This document shows, piece after piece, positions 19,201 to 26,413 of a DNA stretch of 64,000 bases (the first letter of the stretch is position 1; every line of letters begins with the position of its first letter). Source of the DNA: Candidatus Poseidoniales archaeon. GTDB lineage: Archaea > Thermoplasmatota > Poseidoniia > Poseidoniales > Poseidoniaceae. Under the pieces are notes generated by a model that saw only the letters and a program-made list of their open reading frames with translations, was not told the origin of the DNA and ran no database searches. Location of the stretch: NCBI GenBank assembly GCA_038116375.1, contig JAYNUQ010000006.1:5176-69175 (forward strand), written 5' to 3'. A program made the position numbers and the translations under genes.

Positions 19201-22084
19201 GCGCCAGTGCGCCAATCGCCGCCATGAAACTGGCAATTCCACCCTGCTTGGGATGGTTGGTCATGATGGGGACGTGAGGTTGGTCCTCGAGAATTTGCAT
19301 CGCAAACATCGTCAAGGCTCGCTTTGGGCCCACCTCGATGAAAATACGTCCGCCCGCAGCGTACATCGTCTCAATTTGTTTGGTCCACTCGACCGATGAG
19401 GCCATTTGCGGTGCTAATTTTTCCAAGATCGCCGACTTTGAGTTTGACCCTTCAACGGGATAAAACGATCCGTCAACGTTCGCCGTGATGGGGACTTCTG
19501 GCCAGCGAATTTCCAAACCCTCCAAGAATCGGCGAAGCGGCTCGTTGGCGGGCGCAACGATGCGGGAATGGAAAGCGTGTGATGTTGCGAGGGCAACGCT
19601 TGAGAAGCCCTGTTCCTCAAACCTCGCCATGGCGGCCTTCACCGGTTCAGTCTCTCCAGCGATGACCGTCATCTTGGGGGAATTTTTGTTGGCCGCGATG
19701 ACGTAGCCTTCGGTCGCCTCAAGCACGGCCTCAACCGCTTCATAAGGCGCAGTAACGCTGGCCATCAAGCCTTTGTCGTCAATCTCAACCGAACCCATCT
19801 CTGTTCCACGGGCTGCAGCGGCTCGCAGTGCGCCGTCCATGTCCAAAATACCCGACGACATGAGGGCTGCATACTCGCCAAGTGAATGGCCTGCGACCAT
19901 GTCGGGCGTGTGGCCGTAGGATTGGAGGGTGCGTTCAATGGCCAAATCGGCCGTCAGCATCGCTGGCTGCGTGTACTCGGTTTGCTTCAGCTTGTGTTCC
20001 GCTTCCTTGAGTTCCTCTTTGTTGAGGGATGAGCGTAACACGAATCCCGAGAGGGTTTCACCTCCAAGCACGTCAACCATGGTCTCATCTGCTTGCGCCC
20101 ACACATCCGAAGGGGCGGTGAAGCGTTGAACAAGGTCAGCGGTCATGCCAACGTATTGACTGCCTTGACCGGGGTACATGTGGACGGTTTTGGCCTTGTC
20201 AGGCATGGAGGGTTGATCGGTCACGAGAACGCCTTGCGCTTGCAAGAACCCCCATTTCTCTGAATCCATCATCGCCTGGCCAGCCAGCGTTTGCCGCTTG
20301 GCAAATTCCGCCCACGAGGTGGCGACCAGCGCCATTCGGAAGGCTTGGCTGGAATCAAACGAAGCACTGGCGGTTTGGAGCGCTTCAGACAACCGGCGTC
20401 CTCTTGGGTCATCATCAAACAGCGGCCCCTCAAAGTTCACAGCGGCGAGTTGTCCATGGAGGGCTTCGAGGCTGGTGTCGGAGAGGAGCAAGACGCCGCC
20501 TTCGATCGCTTTCAACGCTTCATGAGACAGGGTTGCAGGAAGGGAACCGTCGAAGATGGAGGGTGCTGAGGCGGTCGCTTGTCCGCTGTAGGCTGCCCAG
20601 CGTGCATCCCAATCCGAAGCCATGGGTACGTGGTAATCGGGCTCATAGCCCTCGAGTGCGATGTGGAAATTTGTGCCACCAAATCCGAATGCGGACACAC
20701 CCGCACGGCGTGGATGTGAAGGTGGACGAGGCCATTCAAGAGGTGCTGTGGGCACGAAAAACGGAATGTTGGACCAGTCGACCGTCGGGTTCGGCTTCTC
20801 GAAATTGGCACTTGGGGGAATGGTTCGGTGGTGCAAAGCCATGACCGATTTCATAATGCCCGCAATGCCTGCCGCAGCCTTGAGGTGCCCGATTTGGGAC
20901 TTGATGGACCCGACGGCGACGTTTCCAGTGCCCTCGACACCGGTCCACAAGCGAGAAAGGGTGGAAAGTTCCGTGGCGTCTCCAACCTTGGTGGACGTCC
21001 CGTGGGCTTCCACCAGTTCAACCGACGACGCAGGATATCCTGCTTGGCTGTATGCGCGGGCAATGGCCTGGATTTGACCCCGTTGGCTGGGAGCCGTGAT
21101 GCCTTTGCCACGCCCGTCCGAGGAACCTCCAATGCCCCGAATGACGCTGAAGATTTCATCGTCATCTCGAATGGCGTCGCTCAGTCGTTTGAGCACCAAA
21201 ACGCCTGCACCCTCGCCCATCACGAAACCGTTGGCTCGTGCATCAAAAGGCGAAGAGTGCGACGGCGAAAGCGCACCGATGGCGGAAAATTTCGCAAAGG
21301 TCGCAGGGTCCATGGTTCGGTCGGTGGCGCCCGCAAGCATGACGTCGACTTGTCGCGTCTGCAACAAACGACACGCATCCAACACAGCGGCCATCGACGA
21401 GGCGCAAGCGGCGTCCATGGCGTGATTGGGGCCTTGCAAATCCAACAGGTTGGCAACACGCCCCGATACGACGTTCGCCAACTCCCCGGGCATCGTGTCT
21501 TCATCAACGCGAGGCGTTCCTTCCAAGATTGACTCGGTAAAGGCATCGCTGTTGGCCTCGGGAAGGCCGTGCTGTTTTGCCAAGGATTCGGTATGGTGCG
21601 ACCACACCCTGATGTTGGACAAGTTTCGATTTTCCCCGCCCAAGGCGTTGGCAAACACCACGCCGGTTCGACTGCGGTCGATATCGGCAGACTCGCCGTC
21701 GTAGCCTGCATGCTCAATGGCGTCGGCTGACACCGTCACCGCCCAAAGTTGGCAGGGATCAATTTGAGGGAGGGTCCCCGGAGGCTGCCGCCAGCGACGC
21801 CAATCAAATTCTGCATCGGAAACAAGAGCCCCAATTTTGGCATAGGTGAAGCCTTCCGTGTGTTCGCCCGGCCCGCCTTCTTTCCAAAAGTGGTTGATTG
21901 GACCAGGCCACCGGCCTTCGGGAAGCGGGCGAATGCTGACCTTGGCGTCGAGAATGTTTTGCCAAAAGGCATCGATATCGTCGGCATCGGGCATCAACGC
22001 CCCGAGTCCGATAACAGCGATGGGCTCAAAGGGACCTTGCTCAATCCCCTCGCACGGTTTACCATCTGCTGTGGTCAACGACAT
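13262..22084 (-). CDS. PfaA-like iterative type I fatty-acid/polyketide synthase, 2,940 aa: KS-AT-(ACP-like)-KS-ACP-ACP-ACP-KR-DH
   Basis: KS1: DAACASS (Cys227, codon 21404-21406), EAHGTST, SQIGHLKAAAG. AT: GQGSQ, GHSLGEY (Ser734), SHAFHS. KS2: NLACASA (Cys1358, codon 18011-18013), SHETYT, GFTGHP. Three ACPs carry LGIDTVKQAEIMA. KR: Rossmann motif VSGGGSGVTA and YAAAN. DH: HAIEGVPYHP (HxxxGxxxxP). Confidence 0.95.
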   Translation of the reverse strand: MSLTTADGKPCEGIEQGPFEPIAVIGLGALMPDADDIDAFWQNILDAKVSIRPLPEGRWPGPINHFWKEGGPGEHTEGFTYAKIGALVSDAEFDWRRWRQPPGTLPQIDPCQLWAVTVSADAIEHAGYDGESADIDRSRTGVVFANALGGENRNLSNIRVWSHHTESLAKQHGLPEANSDAFTESILEGTPRVDEDTMPGELANVVSGRVANLLDLQGPNHAMDAACASSMAAVLDACRLLQTRQVDVMLAGATDRTMDPATFAKFSAIGALSPSHSSPFDARANGFVMGEGAGVLVLKRLSDAIRDDDEIFSVIRGIGGSSDGRGKGITAPSQRGQIQAIARAYSQAGYPASSVELVEAHGTSTKVGDATELSTLSRLWTGVEGTGNVAVGSIKSQIGHLKAAAGIAGIMKSVMALHHRTIPPSANFEKPNPTVDWSNIPFFVPTAPLEWPRPPSHPRRAGVSAFGFGGTNFHIALEGYEPDYHVPMASDWDARWAAYSGQATASAPSIFDGSLPATLSHEALKAIEGGVLLLSDTSLEALHGQLAAVNFEGPLFDDDPRGRRLSEALQTASASFDSSQAFRMALVATSWAEFAKRQTLAGQAMMDSEKWGFLQAQGVLVTDQPSMPDKAKTVHMYPGQGSQYVGMTADLVQRFTAPSDVWAQADETMVDVLGGETLSGFVLRSSLNKEELKEAEHKLKQTEYTQPAMLTADLAIERTLQSYGHTPDMVAGHSLGEYAALMSSGILDMDGALRAAAARGTEMGSVEIDDKGLMASVTAPYEAVEAVLEATEGYVIAANKNSPKMTVIAGETEPVKAAMARFEEQGFSSVALATSHAFHSRIVAPANEPLRRFLEGLEIRWPEVPITANVDGSFYPVEGSNSKSAILEKLAPQMASSVEWTKQIETMYAAGGRIFIEVGPKRALTMFAMQILEDQPHVPIMTNHPKQGGIASFMAAIGALALAGRPPSWPALDSDALQDAFKAGPVEARTASPMSPTTSTAALESLRTRARPLPGSGVSTAAPAPVAVQSGPMDTDYARDQAIKAYVGDRIARFSGYPASFCHGHVSLTTGLGLSPEEVQSVVSTIASEAQTDAEFDGSGAVTAGDLARWVRMPPSSWTPMAPVSAPPTLKAAPVQTVSMLQPASKRDVDPYVVTGISLGLPGMDRVFSEDAFEKLVRGETCISEVSDEYKQRLLDKNIVRLIKGRDGSVNMDQATVFGDIPQLAGLKGAFDLAEEFGIDPKAIVAWDISTQLAVAAGLLALRDAGIPLTPVEQIGKGGLRLIRNWQVPQVQRERTGIVFSSCFPGLQMASKHAKHNGDDGEGRFDRRYLFQTLNMGHSQFAQYTGIRGPNTTINLACASATAAFGVAEDWLDAGRVDRVVIISGDDVTGDDLWEWIAGGFAASGAAATNNVVEETALPFDRRRNGLILGMGAAAFVVERHSEAQQRGVQPIAEFLGSTTANSAYHGTRLDVEHVGQVVNGFITDMERRWGLDRHAMAPNTVFFSHETYTPARGGSAQSEVKALRDTFGDSTNRLVIANTKGFTGHPMAVGIEDASMFYGLKTRRIPPIANHKEKDPELGDLNLSTGGDYPELEYGLRFAAGFGSQIALSLMRRWPVDGDRIDGGRLLAWARGLAGTDDVVMRVLQNKLVAYVDGENNLHGGIQGEPWSITESWEGKPSVTSTSEPPVPQAAPAPEPTPPVPSPAAPAPAPASTVNDEGTVATVVEVVVQHTGYPADFVELDQDLEGELGIDTVKQAEIMADIREKFNLPVDEDFVLADYPTLNHMIGYIQHMTGGEAPAPSNAAPVAPATSDPAPEAPAPVAASPAPASTTAPSAPVDDAAMTAAVVEVVVDHTGYPADFIELDQDLEGELGIDTVKQAEIMADIRDKFGLPLDEDFVLADHPTLNHMIGYIQRMQDGGAPVPTETVAPAPAPQHVAPAEPSATLAPSPSAATSGTHPDIEGVLISVVVDHTGYPADFIELDQDLEGELGIDTVKQAEIMAEIRDRFALPVDEDFVLADHPTLNHFTAYIVKMQGGEVSSKPTASDPTESVIDASTPTKAVSSHEGTRRWQVEIEACPGVSAPIQPRGTVVVSDDGWGIAEAFCQRMEARGLKAVRIGFESRIRDASSQDEGGRTVLRADPEQPEHLAWIAEQLSGVQLAGLVHMAPLKLASEQWMEDAHPSSQIALAAHGWFGLLKELGGTLPSDASGIVASVTALDGRHGNKGDRFNALQCAASGVTKSYAFERPDLRCRALDLHPDFILDDAAAAERIEEDLFGLAGEVEIGLDIGGRRWALVAFAEDLVDEIQPLTAEDTWLVSGGGSGVTAASIIGVAQASPKAGARFELLGRSTLIESTASWIDWSDAQLTDEKNALRERLVEASENGKVTMVEWNRAWQRFTRSRDVYLTLDAIAKTGNHATYHSVDVMDQEGLEDLGASLGRPITGIVHGAGLEDSKLVADKDYDVFDRVVRVKIDGWRALLAAVNASGRDVPEFACCFTSVAGRFGNGGQTDYAAANSVLDAEMARLTATTGCRGVAIGWTGWRDVGMATRGSIEAVFAAAGIETLSVEDGVSIFVGEALRGGKRRVLGCGSLGLMDQHTSFREAPLMLPPSMAATMADPARFPFIDKVLSLEEGQHMVTQSTLSTEDHPFLVDHAIEGVPYHPGVMALEMFAQSALLLRPSTCLAGFEDVTFGLPVKLLKGPMTVRVDVTVERAEDDLTWVRCRLVSDLANSKGEVFGEREHHEALVRLVEKCDDLCPFLQREVDELPQIGTPPPGQLLHPASFIYDRYFHGPRFQSHGGVLRGVGEGERLGIDGRALMRHQLPATDQFMLEAEGEQVLLEALPMLIEAGFQNAGLVAMELLGYSSLPVGIGWSTMLRVPDADEVLRLRSVHTGSLDDGVTEHDVLIVGEDDAPVMALKGLRLKAMATVDEHQRFALER
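13265..14227 (-). other. synthase domain: PKS-type double-hotdog dehydratase (aa ~2620-2940)
   Basis: HPFLVDHAIEGVPYHPG matches HxxxGxxxxP. The C-terminal position after KR is the same as in PfaA-type proteins. Confidence 0.75.
14315..15877 (-). other. synthase domain: ketoreductase (aa ~2070-2590)
   Basis: TWLVSGGGSGVTAA NADPH-binding motif, plus the catalytic region GNGGQTDYAAAN. Confidence 0.8.
15980..16927 (-). repeat. three tandem ACP domains (aa ~1720-1795, 1843-1917, 1963-2035) separated by Ala/Pro-rich linkers; a direct DNA repeat with a period of about 354-369 nt
   Basis: The protein core HTGYPADF(I/V)ELDQDLEGELGIDTVKQAEIMA(D/E)IR(E/D)(K/R)F..P.DEDFVLAD.PTLNH is near-identical three times. 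Nucleotide similarity is visible directly (for example gatttcggcttg(t/c)tt(c/t)accgt(a/g)tcaat at 16086, 16440 and 16809). Confidence 0.9.
17240..18637 (-). other. synthase domain: second, divergent ketosynthase (aa ~1150-1615)
   Basis: The thiolase-fold pattern retains Cys (NLACASAT) and two His (FFSHETYTPARGG, KGFTGHPMAVG). The motif contexts differ from KS1. Confidence 0.8.
19280..20191 (-). other. synthase domain: malonyl-type acyltransferase (aa ~632-935)
   Basis: YPGQGSQY, GHSLGEYAAL and SHAFHS motifs. Confidence 0.9.
20645..22027 (-). other. synthase domain: ketosynthase 1 (aa ~20-480)
   Basis: Canonical Cys-His-His KS motifs DAACASS / EAHGTST / IGHLKAAAG. Confidence 0.9.
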
Positions 22085-22093
22085 TTGAACACC

Positions 22094-22885
22094 TCAATTC
22101 ATGATGCTCTCGGGCACCATCGTGATGGAATAACCTGCATCAACATACACGCACTGTCCAGTGACGCCCGCTGAAAGCGGGCTGGCAAGCCAAAGCGTTG
22201 CCCCAGCGACATCGTCCTGGCTGACGTTCCTCCGCAGAGGGGCATTGGCTTCCACATGGTCGAGGATTCGGTCAAAACCTGGGATGCCGCTGGCGGCAAT
22301 GGTTCGAATCGGGCCCGATGAAATCGCGTTGACGCGATGGCCCTCTGGGCCGAGGTGGCACGCCAATTCTCGCGTCCAGCACTCAAGGGCTGCTTTGGCC
22401 ATTGACATGATGCCGTAGCTTGGGACAAACCGATTTGAGGCCGCATAAGTGAGCGTGATGGTCGACGAGCCTGGGTTGAGATAAGGAAGCGCGTGCTTGA
22501 GGCACCGTTGAAGGGAATTGGCCGAGATGGTCATCGCCGTGTTGATGTCGTCGTCTTCAACAAAGAGAATCGGACGGTCAAAGCAAGAGCGTGGTGCAAA
22601 GCCGATGGCGTGAATGAGAATGTCGGCTTTTTTGCCCGGGTGCTCGGCGGCAAAGGCCGTGAAAAATTCCTGCGTGGTGGCGTCCGAAGCGACATCAAGG
22701 GGGTAAAACCCTCCAATAGCGGGCAACTCGTCCTTGAGCTTGAACACTCGGCTCATGAATCGCTTTTGGTACCCCAGATAGAGGGTGACGCCCGCGGCGG
22801 CCAATTGCTTGCAAATCGCCCAAGCGATGGAGTCTTCGCTCGCCACTCCGAAGACAAAGGCCGTTTTTCCTTCAAGTCCAAGCAT
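22094..22885 (-). CDS. fabI: enoyl-[acyl-carrier-protein] reductase, SDR type (FabI)
   Basis: The protein aligns by eye along its whole length with E. coli FabI. Matching segments are GKTAFVFGVASEDSIAWAI, the catalytic Y/K region SYGIMSMAKAALE, and VNAISSGPIRTIAASGI. It ends 9 nt before the synthase ATG. Confidence 0.9.
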   Translation of the reverse strand: MLGLEGKTAFVFGVASEDSIAWAICKQLAAAGVTLYLGYQKRFMSRVFKLKDELPAIGGFYPLDVASDATTQEFFTAFAAEHPGKKADILIHAIGFAPRSCFDRPILFVEDDDINTAMTISANSLQRCLKHALPYLNPGSSTITLTYAASNRFVPSYGIMSMAKAALECWTRELACHLGPEGHRVNAISSGPIRTIAASGIPGFDRILDHVEANAPLRRNVSQDDVAGATLWLASPLSAGVTGQCVYVDAGYSITMVPESIMN

Positions 22886-22891
22886 GAAAAA

Positions 22892-22898
22892 CCTCCTT
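22892..22898 (-). promoter_or_regulatory. Shine-Dalgarno-like AAGGAGG, 6 nt upstream of the fabI ATG
   Basis: The minus strand reads ccAAGGAGGtttttcATG. Confidence 0.5.
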
Positions 22899-23002
22899 GG
22901 GGATTAGGTGTAGTCCCCTACACCAAGCCTTTGAGTGTTGCCTATGAAATCGTGTCACATCGGCTGAGTTCACGACCCATATCCGGAGGCCACGACCAAG
23001 AC

Positions 23003-24103
23003 TCAAAGGTCAGCAAAAACATCGTCGAAGTCGTCATCGTCGTCTTCGGAAAACAAGTCGTCGAGTTCTGAAAGATCCAAATCGTCAAGATCGTCCACAT
23101 CCTCGGGTTCATCATCGACTTCCACAGGAGGCACGTACATTGGCTGGGAATTGGCTCGACGACGCAGGGTTCGTGCGAGCGCGACGACGAAAATCAGACC
23201 AAAGAGAACAGCAGCACCGATGCTGCCGTACATGACCAGGGTGTCCTTGTCAACCTCTTCAAGACCGCCCCCAAGCCCCCCAGCCGTGTTGCTGGCTTCA
23301 AGTTGAATCGAAATGCTGCTCTCGCTCATGGGCGCTTGGTCATCGTTCTCACTGGCGGCCTGGAAGGTTACTTGGAACCGTTCATCCGCGGCAACCTCTG
23401 AAGGTGCTCTGATGGTCAATTCTCGAACGGTCGAGATGCCATCTTCGGCAACGTCCTCGGCGACAAAGGTGCCAGCAGGGAAGGTAAAGCCTGCTTCTTC
23501 GAGTTCAGCAGCGTTGGTGATGGTCACCTGAATTTTGTCGTCGTCGTTCCCGTTGTTTTGGAACTGGAAGGAAATTTTCGTATCGTCGCCACCGCTCAAG
23601 GTGCGAGTGCTCTTGTCGGAAATTTCCAAATCGACCATGCCAAAGGTGGCGATGTTGAGGTCGCCGCTCACCGTGGCGTTTGAGGAAAGGGCTTCGGGCC
23701 AGTCGAGCATGGCGACGTTGGTCACCGTTGCAACGAGCGTGAAGTCATAGGAGAGTTCGGAGGACAAACGGGTTTGACCGTTGAAGGTGACGGTGAAGTC
23801 TTCTTCCTCATCTGGACCGAGGTCAAAGGTGTCCTCACCCAGCATCATGTCAACTTCAATGCCGTCCCATTCTTTCTCCACGCTGATGGATTCTTGGAAG
23901 GAAGAGGGGTTCTTCACCGTGCACGTGATTTCAACCACGGGGTCGTTCAATGGATGAACGTCCATCTCCGGTTGCTTTTCCTCGCAGTCGATTTCGACCC
24001 CCGGGGCCGTTGGAACCTGTGCGGTGGCGAGAGGAGCAAAACTGCAGAGCATCAGCGCCATGACCATCATGCCCCAGCGGCGCGTAGACAGCATGGCCCT
24101 CAC
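23003..24103 (-). CDS. secreted type-I membrane-anchored protein with a poly-acidic cytoplasmic tail (hypothetical)
   Basis: Signal peptide MRAMLSTRRWGMMVMALMLCSFAPLATAQ. C-terminal TM helix IGAAVLFGLIFVVALA followed by RTLRRR. The tail is DDEPEDVDDLDDLDLSELDDLFSEDDDDDFDDVFADL. Confidence 0.7.
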   Translation of the reverse strand: MRAMLSTRRWGMMVMALMLCSFAPLATAQVPTAPGVEIDCEEKQPEMDVHPLNDPVVEITCTVKNPSSFQESISVEKEWDGIEVDMMLGEDTFDLGPDEEEDFTVTFNGQTRLSSELSYDFTLVATVTNVAMLDWPEALSSNATVSGDLNIATFGMVDLEISDKSTRTLSGGDDTKISFQFQNNGNDDDKIQVTITNAAELEEAGFTFPAGTFVAEDVAEDGISTVRELTIRAPSEVAADERFQVTFQAASENDDQAPMSESSISIQLEASNTAGGLGGGLEEVDKDTLVMYGSIGAAVLFGLIFVVALARTLRRRANSQPMYVPPVEVDDEPEDVDDLDDLDLSELDDLFSEDDDDDFDDVFADL

Positions 24104-24180
24104 GGAGGTTCCTGTTGATTCTCTTTCATCAATGTGATGGGGAGATGTCGTCCAACCACCGAGATTCCAACCATGCGACC

Positions 24181-25047
24181 TTAGTCACCGTAAACCAAGG
24201 ATGGAAGTTCACTGTGCGTGTTCCACATGACCTCCTCGTCCACTCCTGCGGCGAGCAATTGTTGGGTTCGTTTTGGAACGGTTTTTGGGCCCAAAACAGC
24301 GCCAGGTCGTCTCGGGTCGTCCATGTAATCGGTTTCAAGGAAAAAGCCGGTTTTGGCCATGCGGTGGGTCTCAATCAATCGCTCGAGCGCCCCTTTTCCG
24401 CAGAGAACGCTGGGGGTCAAACCGTGGGTGTTTTCCTCTCGAACATCGGGTGGGGAATAGTGGCGTACCAATTTCTGCAAATCCATCCCCTGTCGAAGCG
24501 CTCGGCGTGCTAAATCGGGATAGGTCTCCTCGCTTTCTCCTTCAACATGAAGTTGGAGCGGTAGACCTTCCTGCGCCGCCAAGTGCAACGTCTCGTCCAG
24601 AAGGTCGTTGGAAAGGTCCCAAATTTCATCCGAAACGGGCCAGTGCGGACGCCCAACCTCACCAATGGCGTGGGCTTGTCCTTCGTGAACGAAATCAAGA
24701 GCAGCTTGTATGGAATGGCGATAATTCTCCACCGCCCGCTCTTTTCCGTCCTCGCCCTCTTGCGAAACCCAGCGTTCAAACTGATGAGCAAACGCAGCAG
24801 GATGGGGCCCAAGCACAACACGAACACCGAGCCCGACCTTTTCGCGAACGGATTGTGCCATGCCCAACGTATCTGCATAGGCGGCCCGATGGCCTTCCAA
24901 GGTTTCAGGCGGAGCCGAGAAATCGGGGCAGTGCACCAAGACGAGGTCGGTCCCACCTACCCGCTGAAAATCACGGGCAGCGTCAAGGAACAAGCCCTGA
25001 CGATTGAGGTGAAAGTGGTTGTCCAAGATCGGACCGTCATAGACCAT
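24181..25047 (-). CDS. TatD-related metal-dependent hydrolase (TIM barrel)
   Basis: N-terminal LDNHFHLN metal-binding motif with further conserved His/Asp (VLVHCP, LQLHVEGE, ETDY). The length is typical of the archaeal TatD-like family. Confidence 0.7.
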   Translation of the reverse strand: MVYDGPILDNHFHLNRQGLFLDAARDFQRVGGTDLVLVHCPDFSAPPETLEGHRAAYADTLGMAQSVREKVGLGVRVVLGPHPAAFAHQFERWVSQEGEDGKERAVENYRHSIQAALDFVHEGQAHAIGEVGRPHWPVSDEIWDLSNDLLDETLHLAAQEGLPLQLHVEGESEETYPDLARRALRQGMDLQKLVRHYSPPDVREENTHGLTPSVLCGKGALERLIETHRMAKTGFFLETDYMDDPRRPGAVLGPKTVPKRTQQLLAAGVDEEVMWNTHSELPSLVYGD

Positions 25048-25056
25048 GAGGCTCCC

Positions 25057-25599
25057 TCAAATTCGGTCGACGAAGATGCCTTTGTCGCTGAACACTCCGT
25101 TCCAGTAAACCGCCGCCATGGCGACCATGTTTGGATGACGGGCATCCGCAACGATGCATTTGCCGTTGGGCCATATCTGGACCGTCAGGCTGTGGCGAGC
25201 GTCCGTGAGCGTGGTGCAACCAAGACGGGCGTCGTATTCTGCTGTACCCGATGCGAGGGTGGCCGGAATGGCCTCGAGGTTGACCGCTCGGTCAAATTGA
25301 AACGAAACAACCACGGGACCCATCTCGGCAACCAAACCGCTGTCGTCCATGCCCATGCGAAGCAGAAGTTCCTTTGCAGCAGCACGAGCGGCCTCAATGC
25401 GATGCGTGCCGTGAACCACAATGCGCCCTTCTTCGTCAACGACCAAGGTCGCTCGGGGACGATCCATGGCTTTGATGACCACGCCGCTGTTTCGTTGGCC
25501 TCCAACTTCCGAAACAACGCGCTCGTGGTCGAGAGGCGTGGGGCACACAAAACGAACGAGTTGGTTTTCAACACGAACATCGATTGAACCGGTGGCCAT
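25057..25599 (-). CDS. divergent TATA-box-binding-protein-fold protein (two TBP-like repeats)
   Basis: The 180-aa length matches archaeal TBP. Two internal repeats align by eye with TBP repeat cores: ATLVVDEEGRIVVHGTHRIEAARAAAKEL and LTVQIWPNGKCIVADARHPNMVAMAAVYW, against the canonical A.LIF.SGK.V.TGAKS.E.A..A. Otherwise the sequence is strongly diverged. Confidence 0.45.
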   Translation of the reverse strand: MATGSIDVRVENQLVRFVCPTPLDHERVVSEVGGQRNSGVVIKAMDRPRATLVVDEEGRIVVHGTHRIEAARAAAKELLLRMGMDDSGLVAEMGPVVVSFQFDRAVNLEAIPATLASGTAEYDARLGCTTLTDARHSLTVQIWPNGKCIVADARHPNMVAMAAVYWNGVFSDKGIFVDRI

Positions 25600-25600
25600 T

Positions 25601-26413
25601 TCACTCCTCCTCCGTGTTGATGGGGTCGGTCAATGTTGATGAAATCTCCTCAGGTGCAGGTCGTGCGTTCAAAGCCTCAAGCAAAGCCGACCGATGTGGA
25701 AGGTGAGCAACCAAAAGCAGCGTAGCGTCTGGGCCTTCGGTCTTACGCAGCGCTGCAAGGGCTCCTCGTATCCTCGCTGCGTAGCGAGCGTTCCTCCGCT
25801 TGGCCAGTACAGGTGTGCTGAGCCACTCTGAAAGTTCCCACCAGGCTGCCGCCAAAACGCTGGCCGTGGCGTAATCCACCGATTGACCCTTTGGAGGCGG
25901 TTGGGCGTTGAAGAGGTGGTGTTTGACGCTCTTTTTCCAACGCTTACCCACCCGAATCATGCCCAGTAATTTCTTCCAGTGGGACACCGCACGAGCCTCT
26001 TGCGTCAAGTAGTCCCCCCAGTCTTCGTCATCGGCCAAGGGTTCGATGAAAAACACCGAACGTCCGTGCCGGTCGGCGATACGCTGGAGGCGACGTGGCT
26101 CGGGGTCGGGAAAGCGCCCCCCCTGAAGATTTTCGAGCGTGGAAATTCCTTCGATGTACTTCCCAAAAGCGCCTCCTGAAAGCAGTGCGTGGGTCATGTT
26201 CACGCCTTGAGATTCAGCCTCGTCAGCCTCTTCTTGCACCCAAAGGTCGACGACATCAGGGGATTCGAGCAGCGCAAGACCGTGCCACGAGATACGTGGC
26301 CGCATGGCGTTGGGATAGACCACCGTGGGCATGGTTCCGTGAACGACCACGGTACCGCCGTCCGGGTCTTCCCAGACCGCATCGGTCCATCCCTCGGAAG
26401 GCATGGATTCCAC
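25601..26413 (-). CDS. hypothetical protein
   Basis: A 270-aa ORF packed tightly between the neighbouring minus-strand genes (1-nt and 0-nt spacers). No motif recognised. Confidence 0.6.
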   Translation of the reverse strand: MESMPSEGWTDAVWEDPDGGTVVVHGTMPTVVYPNAMRPRISWHGLALLESPDVVDLWVQEEADEAESQGVNMTHALLSGGAFGKYIEGISTLENLQGGRFPDPEPRRLQRIADRHGRSVFFIEPLADDEDWGDYLTQEARAVSHWKKLLGMIRVGKRWKKSVKHHLFNAQPPPKGQSVDYATASVLAAAWWELSEWLSTPVLAKRRNARYAARIRGALAALRKTEGPDATLLLVAHLPHRSALLEALNARPAPEEISSTLTDPINTEEE

